From: Cyanophora paradoxa CCMP329
Lineage: Eukaryota; Plantae; Glaucophyta
NCBI GenBank assembly: GCA_004431415.1
Contig: QPMI01000161.1
Location: 124,001-188,000, forward strand
Direction of reading: 5' to 3'
Length of the DNA: 64,000 nt
Position 1 is the stretch's first letter, and the number at the start of each line of letters is the position of its first letter. The translations under genes and the position numbers were made by a program. Shown here piece by piece: positions 28,977 through 39,763 of this stretch. The notes under the pieces are model-generated. The model saw nothing but the letters and a program-made list of their open reading frames with translations. It made no database searches and was not told where the DNA came from.

Positions 28977-29259
28977 CTCAGCCGCGTTTCCTTGCGGCGC
29001 AGGGCGCTCCGCAGTTGCTTCGGAAGCGCCGGAAGCCCGAACGCTATCGATAAGCAACTGGGGGTTTCTTGTTGGCAGCCATTTGCAGCTGGGTCCTAGC
29101 TAGCTACAGCCGAGGCCGCCCCCGCTCGGGCCCGCCTCAGAGGTCCGCAACGCCTGCCAGCTTCTCGGTGTACCCCTGCAACCACGCTGCACGCTGCACG
29201 TGCACCGCAGACGGGCCCGGTGCACAGCTAGCATAGCTATTAAAAAGTAGAACGGCGCG

Positions 29260-31767
29260 ATGGGGTCGCGCACGAGGACCGCCAGCTTCGTGCCCGCGGC
29301 GCCTGCAGCTGCACCGCCGAGCGGCGTGGAGCTGCAGCGCAGCGGGTTCTTCCGCGGCGACTGCGCCCTAGCGGTCCGCGCGAGGCGCGCGCGCCCGGTG
29401 CGGAACCGACGGCCGAAGGCCGCTGCGGCGCCGGCGGCCGCGGCTGACGCGGCGGTCTTCACTGCGCCGAGCGCGGAGCTTGCGTCTGAAGAGCGCAAGA
29501 AGGTGGTCGTCGTGGGAGCCGGCTGGGCCGGCCTGGCGGCCGCGTACGAGCTCAGCAAGCGGCGGGACGTGGACGTGACCCTCGTCGAGGCCGGCAGCAG
29601 CGTGCGCCCCGCCCCGCCCCAGCTAGCGCTCCGCGCATCGGACCTGCCTTGACCGCGGCCTGCACCGTGCCGTGCTTGCAGCTGGGCGGGCTTGCGAGCG
29701 GGTGGCGGACGGCGCAGGGCCGGAGCGTCGAGGCGGGGGTGCACGGGTTCTGGCGGCAGTACAACAACATCTTCCGCATCGTCGACGAGCTGGGGATCGA
29801 ACCTTTCACGGACCCCGTCGAGCAGGCCTTCTACGGCCTCGAGCGCCTTGAGGCCGTCTGGTACCCCCGGCGCCCTGCCCCCCCGCCCCTCCCCCCCCCC
29901 TCCCCCCTCGATCTGAACGCCATAACTCCGCAGGCCGGTTTTCGGGAAGCTCCCTAAGCTGCCCGCCCCGCTGGGCTCCTTCCAGTACGTCAAGGTTCGA
30001 GTGGCCCCACCCGCCTCCTCCCCCCTGCCGCCGCACCTTGTACCCCCCCCTCCCCGCCTCCTCCCCCCCTGCCGCCGCACGTGCACCCTGTACCCTCCAC
30101 TGTGTGACGCCCCAGCAGTACGAAACCGTACCCCTGGTGGACAGGCTGTCAGCGTGGGGCGCGATCGGCCCCCTCGCCGACTTCGACAACAGCAACGAGG
30201 CCTGGAGCCGCTACGACAAGGCGAGCGAGCGCCGTACCCCCCTCAAACTTCTCCCCACCTCAAATATAGACGAACCGGCCCAGATCTCGGCGCGGGATCT
30301 TTTCCGCGCCTGCGGCGTCTCGCGGCGGCTCTACGAGGAGGTCCTTAACCCGATGCTCCTCGTTCGTGCAGTACCCCCCGGCGCGGCCCGAGTCCCCGTG
30401 CCCCCTCAACCTTCCCCCCACTCCAGTTCGGCCTGTTCGCGCCGGGGGAGGAGTGCAGCGCGGCGGCGGCCCTCTCGATGTCCCTTTTCTTCATCCTGGG
30501 GCAGCACGACGCGTTCGACGCCCGCTACGCCAGGCGAGCGCGCGCCCTTTTGTTCGAGGGTGTACCCCTCGAGCTCTTCGTGGCGGTCTGGACTGAGATT
30601 GGTCCAGGGGCCCTGTCTCGGAGGTCATCTTCCGGCCGCTGCGGGAGGCGATCGAGGCGAGGGGGGGCAGACTCTGCTCGGGTACGCGCGTCGCGGACGT
30701 GCTGCTGGGCCCCGGCGGGGCGGCGGTCGGGCTCGCCTGCGAGGGGGCCTTCGAGGGGGTGCTGGAGTGCGACGCGGTCGTCTTCGCGGTGGGCGTGTCG
30801 GCCATGCAGCGCATCGTGGCGGGGAGCGCGGTCCGCCCTCCACCACCCCTCCCTTCCTCCTCTCCTCCATCATCCTTCTTCCCAGGCGCTCCGCGGCCGG
30901 CCGGACTTCCGGGCGGTGTCGGACCTGAGGGCAGTGGACTGCCTGGCGACGCGGCTCTGGCTGGAGGGCGGGGGGCCCCTGCCCCACGCCGCCAACGCCT
31001 GCCGCCACCCGGACCCCTCCACAGGGTGCCCCGCGTCCCGCCCGGCGGCCACCCCGCTCTCTGAAGCAGCGATGTGCCGCGGCAGGTTCACGGTCTTCGA
31101 CGTGGGCCAGCTGCACGACGAGTACAGGGGGAGCTCGAGCTCGGGCGGCTCCGAGACGGTCCTCGAGGTCGACTACTGTTCGTGCCCCTCGCTCTTCGAT
31201 GCCACCCGCCTGGGCGTCCCGCACGCGTGACCCCTCCTCTGGGGGCGCAGACCACAGCGCGCAGCTGCTGGCGCTGGACGACGAGGCGGCGGCGGCGCAC
31301 TCGCTGGAGAACGTGCGGCGCATCTTCCCCCACCTCCGCCCCGCCCGCCTCCTCGACTCCGCCGTCGTCCGCCTGCCGCGCGCCGTCACCCACTTCTACC
31401 CGGGGTCCGCCCCTCCGCCCCTGCCTGCCCGCCCTCGTCCCTCTCCTTTCCTCACCTCCTCCCTTGCTTGGCTCGCAGGGCGCACCAGCACCTGCTGCGG
31501 GAGCGGACCTCCATCCCCAACGTCTTCGCCGCCGGCGACTGGGTCCGCGGCGGGGCCCGCATGGAGGACGCCTGGTCCCAGGAGAAGGCCGCCGCCACGG
31601 GCCTGCGCGCCGCCGCCGCCGCCCTCGACGCCCTCGGCCTCCCGGGGCCCTGGCCCCGGCCCCTCCCCCTCGACGACCCCGAGCCCCACATCCTCGCCGC
31701 CCGCGCCGCCGCCGCCCGCCTCCGCGCCGCCCTCCCCGTCCCCCTGCCACCCGACTTCCTCTTCTGA
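29260..31767 (+). CDS. FAD-dependent oxidoreductase, carotene-desaturase/amine-oxidase family (cyanobacterial type), putative plastid protein, spliced
   Basis: KVVVVGAGWAGLAAAYEL, GGLASGWRT..GRSVEAGVHGFW, CDAVVFAVG, NVFAAGDWV, WSQEKAAATG. N-terminus contains ASFVPAAP. Confidence 0.85.
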
Positions 31768-32248
31768 TAGATACGCTCTAACAAATAACAATAACACCTC
31801 GCGCTACATTGCAAGGGGGGGTACCCCCTCCCTTGCTCCCCTGGTGAGTTGGTGCGGCGTACTTTCTGTGTTAGCAATTTTTCTAAGATGCGATTCTTTG
31901 CATGCGCTCTCGTATAGGTGTGATCGCATCGTAGCCGCTGCGAGCGGCGAAAAAAAATGCAGGGGCGGGGCTGCGCAAACATGTCGAGGTCGCGCCTCAC
32001 CTGCTATTGCTATACGCGCCGGACCACGTGCTCCTGATTGCTCTCGATGCGTTCTACAAACTTTGTCATACATGCCCGGGCTCGAGAAGCGGCGTACGTC
32101 GCGCTAGACCGCCTCAGGTACCTGTTGTACCGGGCGCCGGAAAAAAGCGCTCCTGAGAGTTTGTGGAATTCGCTTTGACGCACCCCCCTGCAAGTGCACC
32201 CCCCTGCCGTACCCGTACTTCGTTCTCCTCAGAATCTCCTGCGTCGTC

Positions 32249-33823
32249 ATGGCCCTTCGCCCGGGGCCGCGGCCGACAGACGCAGTCGCAACTGAAGTTG
32301 AGCTGTGCTCGAGCTCGCGTCCTTGCTCCGACCCCCGCGGCTGCGGGAAGCACTTCACTCGGCAGGACAACCTGTACAAGCACATTCGTCAGTGCAGAAA
32401 GAAGGCGCCCGCGACGCCGCTTTCCGGTGCGCGCCGCTTGGCCGAGCTCGAGTGTGCGCCGATGGTTATGAGTGCCCCGCGCCCGCCGCCCGCAAGATCC
32501 GAGCTCGGCGTTTGCGATCGTTTCAGACATTCCACGCTCTTGCTCGCGCGCCTAGGTGAGCTCGCGCGCCTCCCGGCAATCCCGAGCTGGGCATGCACAC
32601 TCGAGCTCGCCGACGGCTCTGACAAGGCCGCTCGGGTGCAGATCTTGCCATGTCGTTGAGCAATTCGTCTTGCGCATCTTCTAGATCCCATCCGGAAGGC
32701 GAGCTCGCGCGCTATAGGGCGTGCGCCGCGCGCGGCCACCTCTCTGACTGGGCGCCCGGTTGCAGATCGCGGCCTGCCGTCTGCTGTCGCTTCGAGCACT
32801 TCTTCTTCTTCTCAACCAGAAGGCGAGCTCGCGCGCCGGCCGCACAACTAGCGCCAAGAGCTCGTGCGGCGCGCGCGGCCACCTCTCTGACTGGGCGCCC
32901 GGTTGCAGATCGCGGCCTGTCGTCGAACAGCTTCTCATGCGCATCTTCTTCTCAGCCCACGGTGAGTTGCGCTCCCACTTCTCCGGTGGGGCCTCGAGCT
33001 TGGGCCGGGCGGCGCCGGGCTAGCCCCGCCCCCGTGCCACGGCTCTCCGGGGAGAGCTGACGCCTCGGCCCTGCGCAGGCTATGCGCAGGGCCCGGCGCC
33101 ACCTGCCGCTCCGCCCGCTTCCTCGCCCGCCGCCCTGCCGGCTGCTTCAGCTTCGTCGACTCCAGGTTCGCCCCGCCTCTGCTGCTGCGCACCTGGCCCA
33201 GCCGCCCCCGCTGGGCCCCGCCCCCGCACGGCCGCTGTCCCGGGCGAGCTGACGCCTCGGCTCTGCGCATGCGCAGGCTATGCGCAGGTCCCGGCGCCAC
33301 CTACCTCTCCTCCCGCTTTCCCGCCCGCCGCCCCACCGGCTGCTTCAGCTCCGTCGACTCCAGGACCCGAGTCCAGGTTCGCCCCGCCGGCGCCGCTGCT
33401 GCCACGCGGGTCACCCGGCCGACCTCGCTGGGCCCCGCGCCGGCACCGCCGCTGTCCGGGGCGAGCTGACGTATACGCGAAGGGCCCGGCGCCACCTGCC
33501 GCTCCGCCCGCTTCCTCGCCCGCCGCCCTGCCGGCTGCTTCAGCTTCGTCGACTCCAGGTTCGCTCCGCCGCTGCTGCTGCGCACCTGGCCCGGCCGCCC
33601 CCGCTGGGCCCCGCCCCCGCACGGCCGCTGTCCGGGGCGAGCTGACGCCTCGGTTCTGCGCATGCGCAGGCTACGCGCAGGGCCCGGCGCCACCTGTCTC
33701 TCCTTCGGATCCCGCTTTCCCGCCCGCCGCCGCCGCCGCCAGCGTCGCCACCCCACCTACGTATACCCGCCTCGCCACCCCGCCCGCCTCGCCCGGCCGC
33801 CCGCCTTCCGCATGCCTCTCTAG
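32249..33823 (+). CDS. C2HC zinc-finger protein with Pro/Ala/Ser-rich repeats from duplicated exons, spliced (boundaries uncertain)
   Basis: CSDPRGCGKHFTRQDNLYKHIRQC. Downstream repeated exon GYAQGPAPPAAPPASSPAALPAASASSTP flanked by CAG and GT splice sites. Confidence 0.55.
33050..33720. repeat. Tandem ~190-bp exon+intron cassette, about 4 copies
   Basis: Repeated GAGCTGACG...GGCCCGGCGCCACCT...CCGGCTGCTTCAGCT(T/C)CGTCGACTCCAG. Confidence 0.85.
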
Positions 33824-34205
33824 CTGCCCCTTCAGCCCCCCTCCCCTGCGCCCCCCGCCTCCCCCCCAAGTACATTGCAATGTGTACCAGTACCCCCCCT
33901 TGCACCTCCGCGCGCGGCCCGCACTTGCCGATCTTGCACAGGGCCGGGCGCGGTCTGCTAGTACACAGATCCAACATGCTCGGCATACACAATGTAGAAA
34001 AAGCGCTGTCCTGCGAAAAAACGATGGCGATGCGGGGCTCCACAGCAGATGGGAGGAGGCAAGATGGAGGAAGCGAGGGTGGGAAAAGCCCGTAAAAGGG
34101 ATGCCGGAGAACTTGAAGCGGGGGCGGAGGCGGGGGTGGAGGCGGGCCTGGGCGACGCCCAAGGAAGCGAGGCGAGGCGAGGGGAACGGTCGCGTGGGGG
34201 AACGG

Positions 34206-35290
34206 TCACTTGTCCTCGCGGGAGGCGCGGATGACGAGGCGCTCGACGTCCTTCCAGCGCCCGGGGTCCACCCCGTAGAGCAGCGTCGGCGACCCCGCCC
34301 GCTTCGCCCGGCCCCCCAGCGCCGACCGGTCCCCCCGCGGCGTCCCGTCCTTCAGCTCCAGCTGCGCCCACTCCACCTGTACCCCGCAGGGGGTGAGGCG
34401 GGGAGGGGAGGGGGAAGCGGGCGGGGGGTACGGGACCGGACCTCCTTCAGGCCCTCCGTGAAGCACTTGGACTGCGGCCGGAGCTTGCGGCCCCGCGCGT
34501 AGTACATCTTCGCTGTGTTGTGCTTGCCCAGCGCCAGGCTGCGCGGCGGGGGGACGGAATCAGCGGGGGATACGGCGATTCGGAAGGTGCAGGAAAGGGT
34601 CCCACTTGATCTCGGCCATAGCGAGGAGGCCGGGGCTGCGCGGCGCGGGCACGGCGAATCAGCAGGGGTACGACGGTCTGCGGGCAACAAAGGAGAATGG
34701 GTCACAGGTAATCCTTATCGGTAGCCATGCTTCGCTCCGCGTCCTTCAGCGCCTGGGACGGAATCAGTTGGGGTTTTTTTTGGAGGGGGGGGGGGGGGCA
34801 AGGGCATGTTGCACACGTCCTGGTACTGGCCTGCGGGCGGGCGGGGGCCGGTCAGCCGGGGAGGAGGAGATAGAAGGGGTGGGGGGGAAGTACCGAGAAA
34901 GAAGAAGCACTTGGAGCGACCCATGAGGCACGGCTGGTGGTCCTTGCGCATCTTGAGGGCCTGAGGGGGAGCGCAAGGCGCGTCGGCCTCGGGGCGCGGG
35001 CGCAGCGGGGAGGAGGGCGGGGGCCTGCGCGGCGTCGCCCCGCACCTGCGTGTAGTTGATGATCGCTGAGCTGTACTTCTGCACCTTGTAGTCCGTCTCC
35101 GCCCGCTGCACGAACATGTCGCTGCCGAACGTCAGCCGCCGCGCCGCCGACGCGCGCCCGCGAGTCAAGGCCCAAGGACTAAAGGGGCGCACAAATAGTC
35201 ATCCTCTGAGGCGGGGATGCCGCCGCCAAGCAAGTGGTTCGGTGCGGCTTTTAGGCGCTTCATCGAAAAGGCCTGCGTGCGCGTGAGCAT
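34206..35290 (-). CDS. Short TPR protein resembling the N-terminal TPRs of TTC25/ODAD4 (outer dynein arm docking), spliced
   Basis: Spliced ...AIINYTQ|ALKMRKDHQPCLMGRSKCFFFLG|QYQD|ALKDAERSM...LLAMAEIN|LALGKHNTAKMYYARGRKLRP. Confidence 0.7.
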
Positions 35291-35922
35291 GGCGGCGAGC
35301 GGCGGGCACCGGCGCCGATTGGGGATGTCGCGGGATTGCACGTGTATCAGCATCGGCGGCCTGCGGGGTCGTTAGCACTACTTCCGCGCCCTTCTCACGC
35401 CGCTAGACGCGACCGCCAGGCCAGTCGCGCTACGATACAAGAGCTAGAAGATAACAGCTAAAAAGATGAAAGCCAACAAGCTCGCCCCGCCCCTCGAGCT
35501 CGTCTCTTGCCCGATTTCTCTCCAGCCGTCACGAGGTCGGAGGGCTCCGGGGGTTGTCTCTAGCCTAGCTCTTCAAAGGGCGACTGAAGCCTTTAGAGGC
35601 CCCGGGAACGCATTGCGGGCCCTTGCTCCTCACCGGAATTGTTGGCTCTCCCGGATGGGAGGGAGCTGGACGGGCATTTTCGCCGCCCGTCCCAGACGTT
35701 GGCAAGCGCTACAACTTGGCTGGCTGTGATGTGTGTGTGGAGCGAGGTGTGAGGTGATATTGCGTACCCCCGCAGACGACCACTACAAAAGGCCCAGCAG
35801 ATCGCGCGTCCGTGGTGCAGCGTGATTTTCAGCCAAATACTAGTCATTAACCTCGGCAACCTCGGCCGCATTCGCCGCGTTCAAGCTCCGCGCGAGACGA
35901 TCGCCCGCGACCGCTGGGCGAG

Positions 35923-36573
35923 ATGGGGCGGAAGAGCGCAGTCACGAAGTTCCCGTTGGTTTGCAGAACCTCGAATTCAGCCTTTGGCCTGCCCGCCTAG
36001 CCTTTTCGCTGAGTGCTTCCCGCCAGGCTCGGATCAAGAAGGTGATGCAAAACGACGAGGAGGTCGGCAAGATCGCCGCGAACGTGCCCGTCGTTGTCTG
36101 TATCCTGCACGCAACCGCGCTCTGAGATGTCAAACCGCTCGCTCGCTCTGTCGCTGCCGCATCGTGACGAACCATTCAGCTCGAGCGCTGGAGCTGTTCA
36201 TGCAGGACATCATCGAGAAGTCCACGGACATTACGCGCGCGCGAGGAGGCAAGATCCTGCAGGCCGGGCACGTGTGCGTCCACCCGCGCCTCTCTCGTTC
36301 GCTCCTTGGCCGACACCTTTGGGAGCGCAGAAAGGAGTGTGTCACGTCAAATGAGAGATTTGACTTCCTTTCGGACATCGTCGAAAAAGTGCAAGACGCG
36401 CCAGCAGCAGAAGAAGGAAAAAAGAAACCGAGGTGCGAAAGAAACCGTGAGTTGTAGGCCGCCGCTCATGGCGCGCGTCGGTCAGGAAACGGAAAGCGAA
36501 GGAGGAGGGAAGCAGCAGCGCCCCCGCGGGCACCGCAGAAAACGGCGAGGAAGAGGATGGAGACGGGAGTTGA
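35923..36573 (+). CDS. DRAP1: NC2 alpha / Dr1-associated corepressor (H2A-like histone fold), spliced
   Basis: KFPL|ARIKKVMQNDEEVGKIAANVPVVVS|RALELFMQDII...HV|KECV...FDFLSDIV. Confidence 0.92.
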
Positions 36574-36974
36574 GCCCGGCGGCCCGCGGCCGGCGCACTT
36601 CCTTCGATCTCCTCCATGAGTCTCGCCTCGGCCCCTCACGAATCCGCCCGTCCCTCCTACCGATTTTCCATCTCGAATCTTTCCTTCCCGGTCCTTTGCG
36701 CCGCCGCTCCAGCCCCTGTGCGTTCCAGTTCAACAAACCGAAACAATGGCCATTGTGCCCTCAGCTCAGGGCCCTAGAGCTCGAGCGTATTGAGCTGGCC
36801 GCATGCAAGCTACGGCCGCGGATCCGGACTCCGGGGGACCTGCGAGCTGGACTTGCAGCTGGAGCGTTCACTGTATTTTCGTATACACGCAGTTATAGGA
36901 AAGCATTGCCGTACATAGAGAGATAAGAGGATGATGTTACAAGAGGGGGGAGTGGGAGGGGGCGGGGGCGGGGG

Positions 36975-39436
36975 CTAGGCGATGTGGACGGGGGTGCGGA
37001 AGGGGGCGGGGCCGGCGGCGGCGATGCGGTCGAGGAGGGCCTCCTCGTCGGCGGGGTGCCCGCGCAGGCCGTAGTAGAGCAGCGGGGAGACCTCCACGCG
37101 CGGGTCCGCCTCGTCCACCTCCACCCTCGCCCCCAGCTCCACCAGCGCCCTCCTCTGCTGCTCCGAGAGCGCCGCCACCGCCTGCCCCACGCACCGAGCA
37201 CCGAGAGCGGCTCAGTAGGCCTTATACTCTAGTTTATCAGCCCTAGCGCCGTGGCACGGACCGTGGCCGGCGAGTCGGGCCCGGTCGCGTTCTTCACGGG
37301 GCTGAACTCGTCCTCCTTCTCCACCTGCATCGCCGCGAACGACTGGGCGGGACCCGCACTCAGACCCCCGAAGAAGCCCCGAAAACAGCCAGGCTCAAAT
37401 CATTCACCTTGGAAGCCATGAACGCGTCGAAAATGAACTGCGCGGAAAAGACGGAGATTTCGGGCCGGGCGGCGGATCGGGAGTTCAGAATGAAGGCGAC
37501 GGACCATCTCGCGCTTGAGGCCGTTTACGGCGGAGGGCTTCGGCTCCTCCACGCAGGGGATCTTTTTCTGGAGGGGGCAGAGGGGGTCAGCACCGAAAGC
37601 GCTCAGGCGGGCGCGCAAGGCTCCTCAGACAGGGCTTAGGCCTAGTCAAGGCCTGCAGGCGCTGGCCCTACGCCAAGGACCAAGGCCGCAGGCCTCGGAG
37701 GGGACTGCAGACGGAGCCGGGGGGTGTGGAGGAGGGGGAGGGGTGGGGGGGAGTGGGGGTGGGGTGGGTGGGGTGGGGAGGGAACGGGGGAGGAGGGGAA
37801 CCTTGGCGAAGTGGTACGGGAGCTTGTTGTTGGCGACCTGCTCCAGGAACTCCACGGCTGCGGCGACGTGAGCCCCGATCTGCTGCCATCTCGAGCTCGA
37901 GGGCGGGGCGGGGCGCGAACTGAAGGCGTGGATGCAGACGTTGGCCGCGTTGTAGACCAGCGCCCCCGTCTTCGCGTCCCTCGCCGCCGCGAGCTCCCCC
38001 GGGATCTCTGCCGCGAACAAAGCTCGGGCCGGGGGCGAGATGAGGGGGGCGACGCAGACGGGGGCGTGCCGCTGTACTCGAGGACGCGGGTCCTGCGGGC
38101 GGAGTCGAGGGCGAGGACCCCGCAGGGCTCCTCGGGGACCTTCTTCTCCACCACCTTCGCCGCCGCCTCCACCCTCCTCTCCCAGCAGAACCCCAGGAAG
38201 ACTGCGCCCAAATTCGATCCCCGAGCAGCGCGCCGCAATGCATCCCAGCGCTCGGGGGGGGGGGGGGGGGGCCGAGGGCACGTACTTGGGTCGGCCACTG
38301 AGCAGAGGATGTTGTCGACGCAAAACACGTGCACAAGATCGATGCCTGAGGAGACGGGATCAGGAGCCGCGCACGCACACAAGCGCATCGACGAAGGGTA
38401 GCAAAGCAAGTGGGGCACCCCGCTTCTTCATGTCAGCGAGCGCTTTGGAGTGCAGGAGCGATCCGTAGATGCCACCCTGCCGTCATATTGCACTTCAACT
38501 GCATGACCCGAGGACTCGCAGAGGGAGGGCGGACGTTTCCGTTGGGGCTGGTGGAGATCTTGGACTTGGAGTGCATCAAGATCTGCAGACGCGAGGTCGG
38601 TCGGTCACGGCCGGCCGCTCAACGACCTCGACGGAGGACAGTGGGGCAGACGGCGGGCGCGCCTTGCCATCGAAGGAGATGCAGGGAACCTCCGTCTGGG
38701 CGAAGAAGAAGACCTGGTCGCGGCGCAGCCCGAAGAAGGCGTGCTCCTCGAAGAAGCGCTCCGTCACCGCCTGGTTGTCGCTGCACATAATGTACCACAT
38801 GATCGGAGCCGCCTGCGAGCCGTTCGACGCCGCCAGCGCCTGCAGCCGCAGCAGCCGCTCCGCCTGGATCTGGAAGAGGCTGCGCGCGCGCGGCGCTCAG
38901 GCCACGGGCGCGACTCGCGGCGGGGGCTTGCGGACCTCTTCCCACTCTGCAGACCGAGTGGCATCGTGCCCTTGGGCCCGTCGTATCCGAGCCGAGAGCC
39001 CTGGCCGCCAGCAAGGACCTGCACGGAAGGAGCAGGTCGGCTCGTGCGCCGCGCGGTGCCGGAAGAGCGGGAGGGGTTGCCGCACCAGCGCGGCCGCCTT
39101 GCCCTCGCGCAGAAGCTTCAGTCCCTGAACCAGCCAGCGGGCGCGCGTGGCCGGCTCCACGTTGCGCAGGACGGTCAGATCCGAGAACGGCTGGATTCCC
39201 TGCAGTTGCCCCGTCGGCGCGGCCGCCGAGCTGCGGTACTCTTCGACCGAACGCGCAATGTCCTCCAGCTCGCCCGTCGACTCAATGACCGCCGCTTGGG
39301 CGTACAAGGCGCTTGCGTCCTCGGCGCTCAACTGGTCGACGTGGGCGAACACGTGCCCCTGGCCGGCCTTCTCGAACGCCGCGCGCAAGCGCTGCGCTTC
39401 CGTGACTTCGATCGCCGGCTTGCCCATCTGAGCCAT
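36975..39436 (-). CDS. UAP1: UDP-N-acetylglucosamine pyrophosphorylase, spliced
   Basis: AGQGHVF, LAGGQGSRLGYDGPKG, SLFQIQAERL, FFGLRRDQVFFFAQ, SPNGNGGIY, CVDNIL..VADP, LEYSE, KREMV/FIFDAF region, EVSPLLYYG. Confidence 0.93.
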
Positions 39437-39763
39437 CTGTACGTTAGAGCGCGCAGCGAGTTCCCAGCTGCCCGGCGGTGGCGAGGCTAACCTTCCCGAT
39501 GCGCTTTGCAATTGCGGCGTAAAAAGCGCCAGGCTAAGCTTCGCCTTCGGGGCCGGAAGAGGGCCGCGAGTTGCAATTGACGCGCGCGACTTGACGACGC
39601 GGAGCTTAGAGCTTGGCGACTTCACGAGAAGCCGCAGGCCCTGATGCAGACACCGAATGCGAATTTAAGCTGGAGACCGCTTCTGGTTCCAGCTGGAAGT
39701 TCTGGTTCTTCGAAATCAGTAGTGTACCCCGACAAACGGTGCCTCAGCCGCGCCTGACGCGCG

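Larger units (their letters stand above)
31810..33904. mobile_element. Candidate ~2.1-kb element bounded by a perfect 15-bp inverted repeat
   Basis: TGCAAGGGGGGGTAC at 31810-31824 and its reverse complement at 33890-33904. No TSD and no transposase recognised. Confidence 0.4.

Noticed and set aside
34480-34540. LGKHNTAKMYY resembling a tyrosine-recombinase C-terminal box
   Set aside because: The spliced context fits TPR repeats of the TTC25 type.
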